64,000 nt of DNA from Magallana gigas (GCF_963853765.1 NC_088855.1:41726001-41790000); one strand, 5' to 3'. Positions 1 to 13,300 are shown, numbered from the stretch's first letter. The notes: generated from the letters alone by a model not told the origin. Translations and numbers: made by a program.

Positions 1-189
1 GCAGACTAACGGGTACCTGGTACATGTACTTCTACATGTAGGTTACAAGTTAGAACTATGCGTACCATTCTACCAGTTCACATAATTTTTCTTGTTTAGC
101 AGTTATGATGTGTACTTAAATTGTCTTTGTTAATGTTTTAAATGTTATAGTAATTTTTTATTCTCTTTTTTTAATCTGACTACTGGCAG

Positions 190-340
190 TACTGGCGTGC
201 GAGCAGTTCTCGCCGAGGACCATTTCTCGCTGGTGCACTGTTACATCATATTTTCGTATGTAATTTTATGTGTTGATAAAATGACGTAACAATGCACTGG
301 TGAGAAATGGTACTCGGCGAGAACTGATCGCACGCCAATA
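190..340. mobile_element. Fold-back MITE (~150 bp) with ~60-bp imperfect terminal inverted repeats
   Basis: TACTGGCGTGCGAGCAGTTCTCGCCGAGGACCATTTCTC... at 190 is mirrored by ...GAGAAATGGTACTCGGCGAGAACTGATCGCACGCCAATA ending at 340; TA at both ends. Confidence 0.75.
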
Positions 341-421
341 TTGATTAATTACAGACAAAAACTGAAGGTTGCGAGTGTTATTTTTAATTGAACAACATTG
401 TTTAAAATAATTCTTTATATA

Positions 422-776
422 TGTGACGATCAGACCGGTTTGAATACCAGTGCCAGATGGCTCAGTTGGTAGAGCACCTGACTAGAGATTCAGGGGGCCC
501 AGGTTCAAATCCCGGTTTGGTCCTTCATTATTTCTACCATCCTGTTACAATATTGGTGTTGTGACCAACCCCTGGAACTAACAGGTTAACTTGATCCTGC
601 CAGGGGTGATCTTCGAGGGTGAAGATCATTTAAGGGGGGAGGAATGTGACGGTCAGACTGGTTTGAATACCGGTGCCAGATACATGTAGCTCAGTTGGTA
701 GAGCACTTGACTAGAGATTCAGAGGGCCAGGTTCGAATCCCAGTTTGTTCTATCGTTATTTCTCCAATCTTTTACA
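422..776 (+). mobile_element. Complete TRIM (miniature non-autonomous LTR retrotransposon) with tRNA-like LTRs, Helenus/TRIMp3-like
   Basis: LTR1 422-549 and LTR2 645-776, both TGTGAC...TTACA; PBS TGGTGTTGTGACC at 554-566 (tRNA-His-type TGGTGCCGTGAC after CpG decay); PPT AAGGGGGGAGGAA at 632-644; 4-bp TSD TATA (418-421 and 777-780); A box TGGCTCAGTTGG (458-469) and B box GGTTCAAATCC (502-512) inside the LTR. Confidence 0.88.
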
Positions 777-3451
777 TATACATGTATATCAGATATATGA
801 CAGATGATTAAGGGTCATCACATGTTTTGCAAGATGCAATAAGTGTTAAAAACCTTTACTTTACAACACAATACATTTAAGTGAATATTTATGTTTCTTG
901 TTATTATTTGGTGTGGTTTTCTTGACAGTGTCGCATAAACAATTTACCCGCTCCTAAAACACAAACTTTCTTTTTGTGGATTCAGCTTACCGCTGATTGG
1001 CTGCTGTTGCAGCAGACAAATAAGATATGCACGCACAAAACACAATGAACTTCTCAGAGAATGAGTTGAGTTTATTTCAACTGTTGGAATTTGGGTATTT
1101 TTTTTTTAAATGTATACTTGTGACAAAACATATATGTGGTACATACAGCTGTAGCTTTATGAAGAAAATTTTGGTTAGACCATATATACCTATCATGCAA
1201 GTAAATGATATTTACAAAAAACTTGCAATTTATGGCGAACGAAATATACGCTAGTTTTATAAAGATTGACATACATGTAATGTAACACATTCTGTGAAAA
1301 ATAATCTATTAAAAATTCTTCATTAAGTTTACTCATACATGTTTTATGCTTATTACACATAGTATTGTTTTTAAAACATGTAATTTATAAGAAAATAAAC
1401 AAAAACCCTCGCTAAATTTATTTGCCAAAAAAAACAAAACACAGTAGAATTGATAAAAAATGGTATACCAGAAGCTAATACCAGTACATGTACTTTGACG
1501 CTGTTCGGTGGGTAATATTCATTTGTAATTTACGAATTGAAATATTGACTGTTGCACTACAAGTACGGTACCGTAATAAACTCTCTCTCTCTCTCAAACT
1601 CTCTTTCTCTCTCAATTTGATAAGTGTTTATACCTATGAAAATTTTTTAATATTATATTATGACTTGATATGCAATTTTTTGATCTTGTACTGCCTAAAT
1701 GTTATATCATGTATTGGGATATGTCATACTTATTACACTGCATGGTCAGTGTATTTTTTACAGAAATACTATGCATATGTTAATGTAAACACAGCTATTA
1801 CTAGTACATGTATGTAAACACAGCTAATTATCTTTTTTTTTTTTATTTCAGCTCAAAACAGCCTCTTGTTACCACATGGCTTTTACAGGTACCTGTTGAT
1901 TCTTGTGGGTCAGCTCCTGAGATTAACCTGTCACCTCTATCCACATGCATATTCCTTGTGTTCTACAGACTATTTACCGGTAATTCAAATTAAATCCAAT
2001 AATGCATGAACAATAATGGAACTTGAAGAAAGCATCATACCATGTTGTGGTTTGTGTTTGATAAGAAATTATGAAAACAAAATTAAGGCTGTTTAAAGAA
2101 ATTCATAATTGCTGTGAAAATTTGTTTTTCAATAAAAGTATGCAATTATGTTTCCTTTATTTTTTATTTCATAAAGATATTTAGATGTGTTTACATAATT
2201 GAAAAATTCCCCCCCCCCCTCTATTTAATTGTCTGCATTAAGATTACATGTAGGATATGTAAATGTACATTTGACTTTGAAATAACATCTGCTATGATAA
2301 TTACTTTTGAAATGAACAAGAAACAACCTATTTCTACCTTTCTAAGGTATATATGCAGAAAAAAAGTAGAAAAACATGTCAAATTTGAACATTTTTCATT
2401 GAAATCAACTCTGTCTCCAGCTACCTGGGTGTGTTTGAATTTAATTCTAATTTAAGGCAGATGTCTAACTTGTAGGTTGTAACTTACTGTTTTAGCATGG
2501 TTAGAAGGAGACTAGAAATCAGAATAGATTAGATATTCACTAAATATGATTGTTAGCTTACTTTTTTCATGAAAACAAGAAATCACAAGCAGGACAGCTG
2601 TCTATTTGTTAATTAAAATGGTACAAATCATACAATAAACAAATAAAGATCAAATTTTAGAATCATTGATGATTGTTTTCAAATATGTGTGAGAAATTAC
2701 TCAAGGAAATTGCCACACGTTTCATAAAATTAGGTAAAACATTTCAAACCATGACTTTTTATGAAAATCAAAAGATTGGGGGGGGGGGTATACATGTAAG
2801 GGTATTTCTAAGTGATGTGAAGCTTTTATCATGATTATATCATGTAGGCATATGTTGTATTGTATAAGGTTTCTTTTTAAAGGTGGTTGAACAACAGTTG
2901 ACCTCTAAAAGGTCAGGTAAAGATGTTTTACTATGGAGAACCCTGTAAATCTGTGTTTACTAAAGGAAATTGGAAATGGTGGGTTCACTTAAATGGCCAT
3001 ATTTTTATTAAACCTCAATGGAATTGGCAATATGTAGTATTCTTTTTCTCAGAATTGCTTTAGCTTTCTTATTCTAAGACAAACCGTCTTTTCATAAAAA
3101 TGTTAGTGTACTAAGTTAAAGGTACAAGGAACAGTTTCGGATAAAGTATCGTCAATATTTTTGTAAAATTGAGAGTGACTGTACTTGAAGGTTTATCATT
3201 GTTGCGTAGATTCATGAAATGAATTTTAATGATTATCAATAGTTAGAGGGATGTCTCTTGTTGGAATTGGTAAGCAATATTAAGGCCCCTAATTTTAAGT
3301 ACATGAGAAGCAGAAATAAATTGTGAAACTTGCGGCTATGACAGATGTGTTGACTTTACAGTGAAATTGAAGGTTACAAACGGGAGGTTATATAACATGA
3401 AATGTAGGTGGATGGGATATTATATGCCTATTTAGTATTTACTGGGTATGA

Positions 3452-3554
3452 GGACAATAGCAAGTTTATTGTCCCCCAAGACAGCAACTATTTAATGAGG
3501 CAAAGCCAAGGGAAATAGTTGCTGTGGAGTGGGACAATAAACTTGCTATTGTCC
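3452..3554. repeat. Long palindrome (core of a palindromic non-autonomous element)
   Basis: GGACAATAGCAAGTTTATTGTCCC..ACAGCAACTATTT versus AAATAGTTGCTGT..GGGACAATAAACTTGCTATTGTCC; centre GGCAAAGCC at 3499-3507. Confidence 0.85.
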
Positions 3555-3703
3555 GAATAGTCAGTTAATTGGTATTTCATTATACAGAAGAAAACTTTAT
3601 TTGTCAGCGATGCAGAATTTCTTGATGATAAACAAATTAGAGTTAAATCAAACTTTGTATTTAATGCTGCGATCTTAATAGGTCAGAGGTGTTCCGAGTT
3701 TAA

Positions 3704-4027
3704 GGTGATATGGGACACTTCCATGTTGTGACGTATTGTTTATCGAAATAAACAATAAAATAAAGTGTAATTATATAAGTACATGTAGTTTCTTTTCAAA
3801 AATGGTCACCTAACTCCTTAACGCAGTGGGTTAGAGGGTTTACTAGGAACCTGTAAGTCATGAGTTCGAATCCCGCTGGGGTTTTTACAATTTTTACCAT
3901 TTCAAATATTTTTAAAAGCTATTTTTTGGTTAAATATTGTAAAATTTGAAAATTCTAAACCGGTGAAAATTTTTCAATTATATAGTACTTTAATCTACAT
4001 TAATATCGACAGATGTCCCATACCACC
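3704..4027 (+). mobile_element. Kolobok-type MITE (TTAA TSD, GG...CC ends) with an internal tRNA-like Pol III promoter
   Basis: TTAA at 3700-3703 and 4028-4031; TIRs GGTGATATGGGACA / TGTCCCATACCACC (13 of 14 match); internal A-box-like TAACGCAGTGG (~3819-3829) and B box GAGTTCGAATCC (3862-3873). TTAA TSD with RR..YY termini is the Kolobok signature (piggyBac ends are CC..GG). Confidence 0.72.
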
Positions 4028-4130
4028 TTAAAAAGGAGGGAAATCAAATTCTGCTGATGAATGGTTTTGATGACTATTCACCAAGGGCAGATAGCATGGA
4101 TACTATTTTAAATTAGATAAAAAGGCATGT

Positions 4131-5119
4131 TTATGCGGGCGCCTTCTAGTGATCAATTTGTCCGTCTGTCCATCCGAGATTGCTTGACTGGAGCATAGCT
4201 TCTCTCCCCTTGGCCCAATCTGGCTCATACCTCATCCACAGGGTTCCTTTGGTTGAAGGATGCGCAGTGACCTTGAACCATGTTTTTAGGTATAAGGTTA
4301 AGGTCATAGCAGAATTATATATATAAAATCCTTGTCTGGGGCATATCTTTTTTCCCTTTGGTCCAATCTGGCTAATACTCGCAGAGTGTCTCGATGGTTA
4401 AACGATGTGCAGTGACCTTGCATGAAATTTCTAGGTAACGGGTGAAGATCATATCGGATCATGCAAAAATCCTTTTTTGAGAGCATATATACTTTCTACT
4501 AACCCCTATTTGGCTCAGACTTCACATAAGCAGAGCTTTTGAGTAAAGGGTGTGTAGTGACCTTGAACCTATTTTCAGTGAAAAGAAACTGAAGGTCATA
4601 GCAGAATTATATTTTTAAAAATCCTTGTCCGGAGTATATCTTCTCTCCCTTTGCTCCATTCAGCCTCATACTTCACCCACATGATGCCTTTGATCAAAAT
4701 ATATGCAATGACCTCGAATGATATTTGTAGATGAAGAGTCAAGGTCATATCAGAACACACAAAAATCCATATTTTAAGAGCATAGATATACTCTCCTTTT
4801 AGCCCCTATTTGGCTAATATTTTACCTTTACAGAGTTTATTGGTTAATGGCGTGCAGTGACCTTGAACCAAGTCTGTCAATGTGAAGGTCATAGCAGATC
4901 TTTTTAAAATTAGTTTTAGACAGTAGATTATTTTCCAAATATGCTTAATCTTGGTCAGATTGAACAAAAATGCATGTATGTTAGGGGGAATGAAATTGAA
5001 ATAAAAGTTCTATGCCAGCTGGAAAAATTTCAAGTTATAGGTCAAGGTCAAAGCAAAATTCTCTGAAATAACATAAGCGGGGCCCTTTGAAATGTTCACC
5101 ATTTCAATGTTGTCTGGTT
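4131..5119 (-). mobile_element. HINE/Helentron-like non-autonomous element with degenerate ~145-150-bp tandem core (family copy 1)
   Basis: Repeated GTGCAGTGACCTTGAAC...AAGGTCATAGC...CTCCCCTTGGCCCAATCTGGCTCATAC units; GTCCGTCTGTCC microsatellite near one end; end GGGCCCTTTGAAATG(T/C)TCACCAT shared with the copy at 31025-31739. Confidence 0.65.
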
Positions 5120-5374
5120 CATAGTAATTTTACATAGAAAATATTCACAGAGGTACAGTAAAGTAAACTTTACATCGATAAGTTTCTGACAATTAATGAC
5201 GCAACGAGCACACAGTACGAAAGGTCAACCCTTTGAAAAGCAGTGAAGAGGAAAAGTTGCTCAGAATTATGTTTTAAACAAAATTGATTTTTTACGTAAA
5301 TTTTAATTTTGCATTCTGGGTTAAGAAAAAAGATGTTAGTTCAAGGTAAAGTTAACTTGTACCTAAAATGAAGT

Positions 5375-5505
5375 CAAATTTGTTAAGTCGTACTTAAACA
5401 CATTGTTTTTTTTGTTAAGTCGTTCTTGAAATGGTAAAGGGTTTTTGGTTAAGTCGTGCTTAAAACCATTCGGATTATGTTAAGTTGTACCAAAAATCAT
5501 TCGTT
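5375..5505. repeat. Degenerate ~32-bp minisatellite (4 units)
   Basis: GTTAAGT(C/T)GT recurs at 5382, 5414, 5448 and 5479. Confidence 0.6.
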
Positions 5506-5814
5506 TTTTTTTTATCTTTTTGTACCTAGGTTTCTTTGTTACTAGATTAAGAACTCTGCTTCTTAGACGTACTTCTAGCGTTGCTTTCGACATTAGCGGA
5601 AAACCCACTCGTTGCTTTGCAACGAGCTTTGCTCTAGTTTTTCTTACGATCGCCTACAAATCCATCTTCACTAGCCAATAGTTTCTGGTCCGCATCGTTC
5701 TTTCGTGAGGACCGATGTGGATCAGAAACCCTTGGCTAGCGAAGATGCCACAAATCCTGATTGTTGTTGGTTGGGTAGTGGGGGTGGGGGTAAAGGGGGG
5801 TCAGGGTGCCTTAC

Positions 5815-7795
5815 CGACGGACAACAAGCTCCAGCCCCCGCCGTGGAGGTAGATGAGGACCGGCCGATCTGTCCGACCCAGCCCGCTCACTGGCTCGTAG
5901 ACCTTCACTCGGATGTCCCGGATGTGAGTGTCCGTAATCTGATTAATAAAGCAATATATTTATATTTAAACAACACTTTTAAATCTTTTTATAAACACCG
6001 GTCTAAAAGTGTTTTAGTTGAAAAGATAATAAAATGATTCTAATGATGCAGACACTAACATGAAATTAAAATAATCAAATTTCTTCGTGAAATAATAACA
6101 AAATTTAGCAAATCGGTAATATATCAACAATTTCAGCTTTAAAATCATACGCAATAATTTTTCCCGTTTTATTTTTTACGTCATTTTCTTTATGTCAACC
6201 ATACTGAAACTTTAAAATTAAATCAATAATCCAGCAAAAAAAAAAAACACACAAAAATAATAATCGCACAGACAACTATAACAATAAATTAAGCCAACAA
6301 AAACAACAGACTGATCATGATTATTATAGCGTAAATTGGCGTAATCTAAGATCCTTCAAGCTACCGTATTTTGATATCTTGCAATTATGATCAAAGAACA
6401 TCATCAGAGATGCACGCCAAAAGAGAAAAGAATGAAGAATCTAATATTAATTAGTTTGCATATAATATTACAAACATGAATATTCTTAGATTTGTATTTT
6501 AATGAGGCTAGATAGTCCTGGCATTTCTACCTCCATAAAAAAGAAAGCAATGATGTGGATCAAATCAATAATCTATCAGAATTTAATAGAATAGAATTAG
6601 GCCTAATTTTTATTGCGTTTGCAAAGATTTTAAATTGTGTTAAGTAAGTGTATAGACCAGCCTCCTCAACTAATTTGTGGCTAATGATACTGTTGCTTTG
6701 ATAAAAAAATTATATATAATAATTACAAGTCTGAAGATAAAACTTGAGTTACCTTTAGTCTGGGATCGTATGGAGCAATCCCCCACGGGAATCCTGTGAC
6801 CATCGTAAGAACGAACCAATCAGCGATCTTTCTGACGAAGTCTGAAAATGGTTCCGTAATTCCCAAACAGACCAAGACGTTTACCTAAAAAATGAAATTC
6901 CATGTGATACGGTATTTTGACAGCAATAGGTGAACGTAAGTTTATTCGTATACGAACATACTAAGTTCAAATTCAAGCCTCACATCTTCACCAAAAGAAA
7001 ACCACTCAATAATATATTAAAGAACGTTACACTAGTACTATGCAAGAAATTACGTGAATCAGAATCCACGCCCATAACTCCTTAAAGTTAGTTTTACTCT
7101 TCAGATACATTTGTATTTTTAAAAAAATAATTTTATGCCTGTCAACAAACAATAATATTTCGACATGTAACAACACTATTGTTGTCTCTTAAATCCTCTA
7201 TAGCAATTTGTTTGTACATTATTTCATGATTTTATTTTTGTAAATCGTTACAACAAAGTTCATCGTTTACACACAAAAACATTGAGGAAATGGAAAAGTT
7301 GCACTTATAAAGAATAAGTGATTATATAGGGGCTATATGGTTTGTTCCTACGATTCAGTACAAAGCAATTGAGCCTTTACTATTCTCTTTCTGTGGGTAA
7401 GAATTACTTATAGCGATATGTATAGATCTACATATGTATTATACAATTCATTTCTAATTGTCTATACATATACTACTTAATCTATTTTAAAATATATTAA
7501 TCCTGGGTAGGTGATTGGCCCTAACGACATAATGTAATATTAAATACCGTATGACGAATTTCCCTATATTTAGAAAGAGGCAAGACAGTTTAGGTCTATT
7601 TCTTGAGTGCCTTTGACTTTCATGACGATACCATACCGTGTGTCCGTAAGTCTTCATCATCGCGTCCATCACTTTCACCTTGAACTTTTCGGGGATGGGC
7701 TCCGGAACACGTGCGTCCAGATAGAAGTACAAGAAAAGCGCGACGAGCACCACTAGCGGGGGGATAGTTCCACACGAGTAGTTGTTGTAGGCCAT
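5815..7795 (-). CDS. Arylacetamide deacetylase / NCEH1-like esterase (HSL family), first three coding exons; the rest is not found in the window
   Basis: Exons 7795-7637, 6884-6753, 5938-5815 (GT-AG, phases 0,0,1) give MAYNNYSCGTIPPLVVLVALFLYFYL (membrane anchor)...VKVYEPVSG..RPVLIYLHGGGWSLLSV with the HGGG oxyanion motif. An in-frame upstream ATG exists at 7825. Confidence 0.82.
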
Positions 7796-10359
7796 GCTGC
7801 CTCTCTGGGGATCCCGAGAGACCATGATAGATTCGGTGATAAAAATTACACTCACTCCAATGAAGTCGCCATGATCCTTAATGATCCCTTGATTGTTAAC
7901 TGACCAAAGTGAACTGATAATTCGATAAGTTAATAGTGACACAGATAATGAAACAGATAAGAAATATATCGTTATAGTTATCTACTGTATATTATAATTT
8001 CCCAGTTTTCACATAATTTTCCTCCGACAGTCCGACTACTCCTGTCGCATAAAACAATTGGTATGGTACATCTAGCTGTCGGTACTATTGCAAAATGGGT
8101 CACGTGTTCACAGTCAATTGACTTTTGACCCACATGTGCAAGTACTTTGTTACTTTTCATCCCTTTTGATAATATTATGTCATATGTGTGACTGTGTGGT
8201 AAACAAAAGCAGAACTCGTTTGACCTACTGTACTGTGAATGAGCGGGCAAAGACCGACGGGCGTTATATAACATGCCCGCATATATAAGGAGTGTTAAAT
8301 CAAAGTCTCAAGTCGATGTACTATAGTTTCCACTGAAATATAAAGATATTACATGCAGTGCGTCAATATTTGACTAGCTAACATCCTAAACATAGCAAAC
8401 ATATAATTCATTTGTTTTCTGTTTTGGAACACATTTTTCAAGTGCCACTTTTCAGTCTGAGTATCGTCATAAATACAGAGTACTCAGTGCAGGGTTACTT
8501 GGACTTTAGACTTATCTATTGTAGCTAGCTTGCCTATTAATATAAATAGGCTGTATTGTAAATTTATCACCTCAGCTTGAAGTAGATTATCAATTTGAGT
8601 GATACTATTAAACTTTCAATTCCTGATGAAATTGAAACCGCACTGTCATTCGAAACTACCTTTTTCAGAGAAACAACAGAATGTCAACCTTCTGTTACAT
8701 CACATACTTCTGCTACTGATCCGTTGAATACGTATTGAGCTTATAGTTTTGACTTTTCTTTATTGTATTCGGAGAGTATAACGTTTAGAATTGTGGTGGA
8801 TTCCAGTGAATGGTAAACTGGTATTGGATAATCAAAGTCGCCCCGTACATGAATATGATCTTTGATCTTTTGAAAATTATTGATAAAATTATGATCGATA
8901 AAAATCTTTAAAAGTGTCAGTTTAGTATTTTTATTTCAGAATCTTTATTGATTAGCCCTTGTTGTATTACGTTTCTTACCACCCCCTGAAAAATATGTTT
9001 TAACTCAACCAATAAACTCCAACACATAAGTACGTGTACTTGTTATTTCATACTATTTATAGTATACGCAAGTGTACACATGTTAAGTGTTTAATCAGTA
9101 ATCTATGTATAAAAAGTATGACACAACTACTATTAATATGGAAACTGTTGTTTTAAAATTTTACTCATTAGTGAGGTTTAATTTCTGTGATGAGCTACTG
9201 TTTCACAAGGTAAGAAAGAAGTACGGTTGGGCCGGGGGGGGGGGGGGGGGTAGCCAGTGTTACTTTTAGTACAATGAAATACAAAACATACGACACCATT
9301 TTTTGTATTAAGGACAAAAACTTAGTTTGTGCCTTTAAAACACACTAGCCTTTAAATTAAAATCTTCTGTGCACATAATAATACATATGGGTATGCCTTT
9401 ATTTTGAAGCTATCTTATTTTTATAGACATTTATTACCATACCAAGTAATAATAGCAAAACATGTACATGAGCACATAAGGATCAAAAACAAATATGTTT
9501 AAATACAAATATTCACATAAAAGATGGACATAAAAATGTTATAAATATGAAATTTACTTTGTCAATGAAATAAAAATAACTATTTAGATTTATAATTTAC
9601 AGTAAAAAAGACTGATAGACAATCATGTTAAAACATATCAAAAACAGTAGAAATTCTCTCAAAACACTTTTTTTTAAAAACAGAAGTTGAAGTTTTTCCA
9701 AATCAGATGTACACTTTTTGTAAGGTTCTTAACTGTCTAAAACTTTCTAACAAATGGTAAATATTTTATTATTTACTATATAAAATCAAGATTAAAACAT
9801 AGTTTTCTTTAATTATGTTTGCTAATCAACATCAATAAAAATGCAGACAAAACAATGCGCAATAAAAACAAGCTCACAAACACAAAATAAAACAACAAAA
9901 CGTCTATAGCTGATATACAGGTATGATTTCCTACCATCTGGTATTTACTGTATACAGCTACTTCATCGCCCCTGTTTTGTTTTCACCTCATTTTTCCTTA
10001 ATGACAAAGGGTGAATTCAAAATGAATACTGCAGCTTATGTATATGCATCCCTTGGAACACAAGTTTCCAGGGGAAATATCAAAACTGAGAGAAATCTTT
10101 TTTGCAAATGTGACTGGGTGAAAATAACCTAGGCAAAATAAGCCTGCATACCGTTCATGTATATTCCTCATCAATAATCATGAAACAGAAATACAGAGAT
10201 AACAGTACATATATGTATCAATATGTATCTATCTAAACATGTATTTTTTGTTGAATGTTAATTCTCATGCTTCTACAGCTACAGATCTTTCAAATCTATA
10301 GAAGTGAGCAGTGATTTAATTGAACACATGACCTGGTGTCTGTATGGGTGTTATACAAT

Positions 10360-13300
10360 CTATATCTCGTAATCTTTCCACAGACTGAAAGGAGAAATTA
10401 CAACTAATGAATACAAGACATCTAAAGATAAAAAAAAATATGGATATGCTTTAAAATCTTAATTTACAGAATGTTAACAATTGTCGCTTACAAAACTACA
10501 AAAATATAGCTAACAAAAAATCATATGACCAAGTCTAAAACCTTATGAATGCATTTAACTTCTTAATTGGAATGGTTATAACTCATTTTTTTTTTATAGG
10601 TAACTTTAAGTTGCAATAAATCTTACCACATCTGGTATTCTTCATCTTTGCTTTTTAGAAGAATGTCTTTGACTTCATCAGGGGGATTTAAACCATGTTT
10701 TTGAGCCCTTTCCCATCGTTCTAATCGTGTAATTCCTAAAAAAAAAAAAAAAAATTACTTACTGTAACACTTATTTTCGACCCCCCCCCCCCTTTTTTTT
10801 AATCATTAAATCTTTTCTGAATTTTGATACCATTACATGTTCTAGAAGGTTAAAACACATGCAACACTTCAGAGCATTTTATAATTAATGGACCACATAT
10901 AAATATAATGGTTTTAAAAATATATCGAAAAAGCACATAGAAACTTGAAATAGTTATTAATTTGACAGATATGATTTTATAATATCTAAATATTATGTTT
11001 CAGAAAATACAATCAGAAAAACTTTGTTAGACCTTTCACCATTTTTGCCATTATTTTTTTGTGCCTGTGTGATTTTGAACTCCAGACAATTAAAATTAAA
11101 AAAAAATAAATATATAATTGCAATTAAATCAATAGTTTGTATAAATTCAGAGCTAAAATTACTGAAACTTACCAGTACAGGGCCCAAACTCTAAAGTAAG
11201 GTCAAAGTTCTTTAGGATTTGTAGATCATCAATGGAGTCTACAGCTGCCTGATCGTGTGTACTAGTTGATGGCAGCTGATCAGAATCTTGGGGAAAAGGG
11301 ACAAGTTCATAAATTATTCAATGGATACTAGTTTTGCATATCAACATAATATAAAGCATTATACATGTACTTTTGTAAAGTGTAAAACACTAAGCCTCAT
11401 ATGATTCAAGTTCTGGTATATCATAGCAGATCATGAATAGCAAAAAAACCAGCTCTTCAACTTAATTTTTTTGTAATCAAATCACATAAGGTAGTGCTTT
11501 AAAAAAATTTTAAGACAAAAACTTGATTTTTCTTTTTAGAAACCTTATACAATTAACTATGGTTTACCTTTCACTCAGATTACCAGTAGGTAGATTTCTT
11601 TATAATCTACTTCAAAATTTATTAAATATTTGCTTGTTGTTCAAATTCACCTAGAAAATCCTCCATATATATTTGACGAGATGTCATCAAATTTAAGCTC
11701 ATTTTAAAATTCCAGATCATTAAAAACTACATTTTTTTTTCAAAGCAGTATTTAGAACTATTTTAACAAGAGCTTGGACTGTGGGTAGTTGTGTCAAACG
11801 GCAATGTGACGTAAGCCTGTCTTTTTCATTGCTGGCCACTCGGCCATGGCTCTTTGAAATGAACAAGATTTGTCCGGCTTTTGAGCCAAGACTACGCAAT
11901 CAGTGCATATTTCACTTGAAACCGCGTCATTTTAACTTGCTTGGACGCAAGAAATAGATAGCTTGCTCTACTGAAAGTCCAAGGTCTTGTTAAAATGGTT
12001 CTAATAAATGTCTGTCTTAGGTTATACTCGTGCTCAGACACATAAAGTCCATCTCACTTCACTAGTGAAACTGACTGTAGATACAAGAAAAAAAGATATA
12101 ATTTTACTTCCTTTTATAATTCTTTGTAGATTACATGTACTTAGCATTCAGGAATTTCTTATTTGGATAAAAGAAGTATGCGTTTGAAATATGTACTTGT
12201 GAATTAAAAGAAGTGTGTGCAAATTAATTATACATAAACTGGGGTTTATAATTATAGTTAGTCAAACAGCTTTAGTCAGTACATGATTCAGACTGACGTA
12301 ACTGCAGAAACTAGCAATATAGCTCAGGCTTCTTGCTAACTTCAAATGCCAGTGCTACTTTCAAGCCAAAGATTCCTGTTACTTAGTATTCAATAAAGAA
12401 GTCAACACCAGGAAGTATATTATCTTGTGAATGTAAAGTATTAAGCCAAGCAGCTTCAAGATGACTTACAGCAAAATGCAAGAGACCATAAGAAAGTACA
12501 TGTATATATGTACCAAGTTCACAAAATACATTGTTTCTTCACCATGACAACTATAAATGCTAAGAAAGGCATTTTATAATAAAAATCTTTTTTAAAAAAT
12601 AATACTGTTGGATTTTAAGTTTTAAATTTCATGTGGAAGTTCAAGTAAATTCTTTCCAACAATAATGTCATCTGGCAATGATGATTTGGTAGAGTTAACT
12701 AAAACAATGAGACAATAACAGATGTTAATTTCATAATTTTTTACATTTCACAATTGAAAATCAGATTGCTATATCTGTTTATTTGTTTTATCAAAGCTTG
12801 TTATAATCACAGAATTTTTTATCCTGTTTATTGAAGAATTTGTAAAGAATTCTGTTGGGTACTCGCCAATTTCCAATATCCTTGTTCATGATAAACACAC
12901 ATATGGCCAGAAATTAGTCCTGACTTTTACCCCTTTCTACTTGTAACCAGTAACCTTGGACTTATTAGTTAACTACAAATCTTTAACACAATGTCTCATG
13001 AAAAGGTTGACAGCAGGTGAAGATTGACCAATAAAAGTAATTGTAAGTTCAAATATTTAATCTCAAATGCAAAACAGCTCTTAACAAGCTTCAGCAACTG
13101 ATACAGTTTAGTAAATTAGTATGAATACAATAATTATCTATGACAACATATTTGTGGATTCGCAATCGCACATTTATATAACAAATAAGTTCTATTCAGT
13201 TATATAGTACATACACTGATACAACAAAGATCAGGACTGGAATATTTTTAATGACTAAATGTCTTAAAACATTTGATTATTTTTTACTAAGGAGTCGCCG

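Noticed and set aside
452-760. Two apparent tRNA genes (452-523 and ~675-750)
   Set aside because: 8-nt anticodon loop, imperfect acceptor stem and position inside paired LTRs; they are parts of the TRIM.
990-1080. Minus-strand exon-like segment with gtaagc donor encoding a signal-peptide-like KFIVFCACISYLSAATAANQ
   Set aside because: No ATG, an in-frame stop just upstream, a poor acceptor and no esterase similarity.
5705-6037. 110-aa + strand ORF with a Gly run
   Set aside because: Antisense to esterase exon 3 plus a G-rich intronic tract.
8456-8812. Three phase-compatible + strand mini-exons upstream of the esterase gene
   Set aside because: Weak donors, no start codon, no recognisable product, and the next acceptor gives an immediate stop; compatible with chance.
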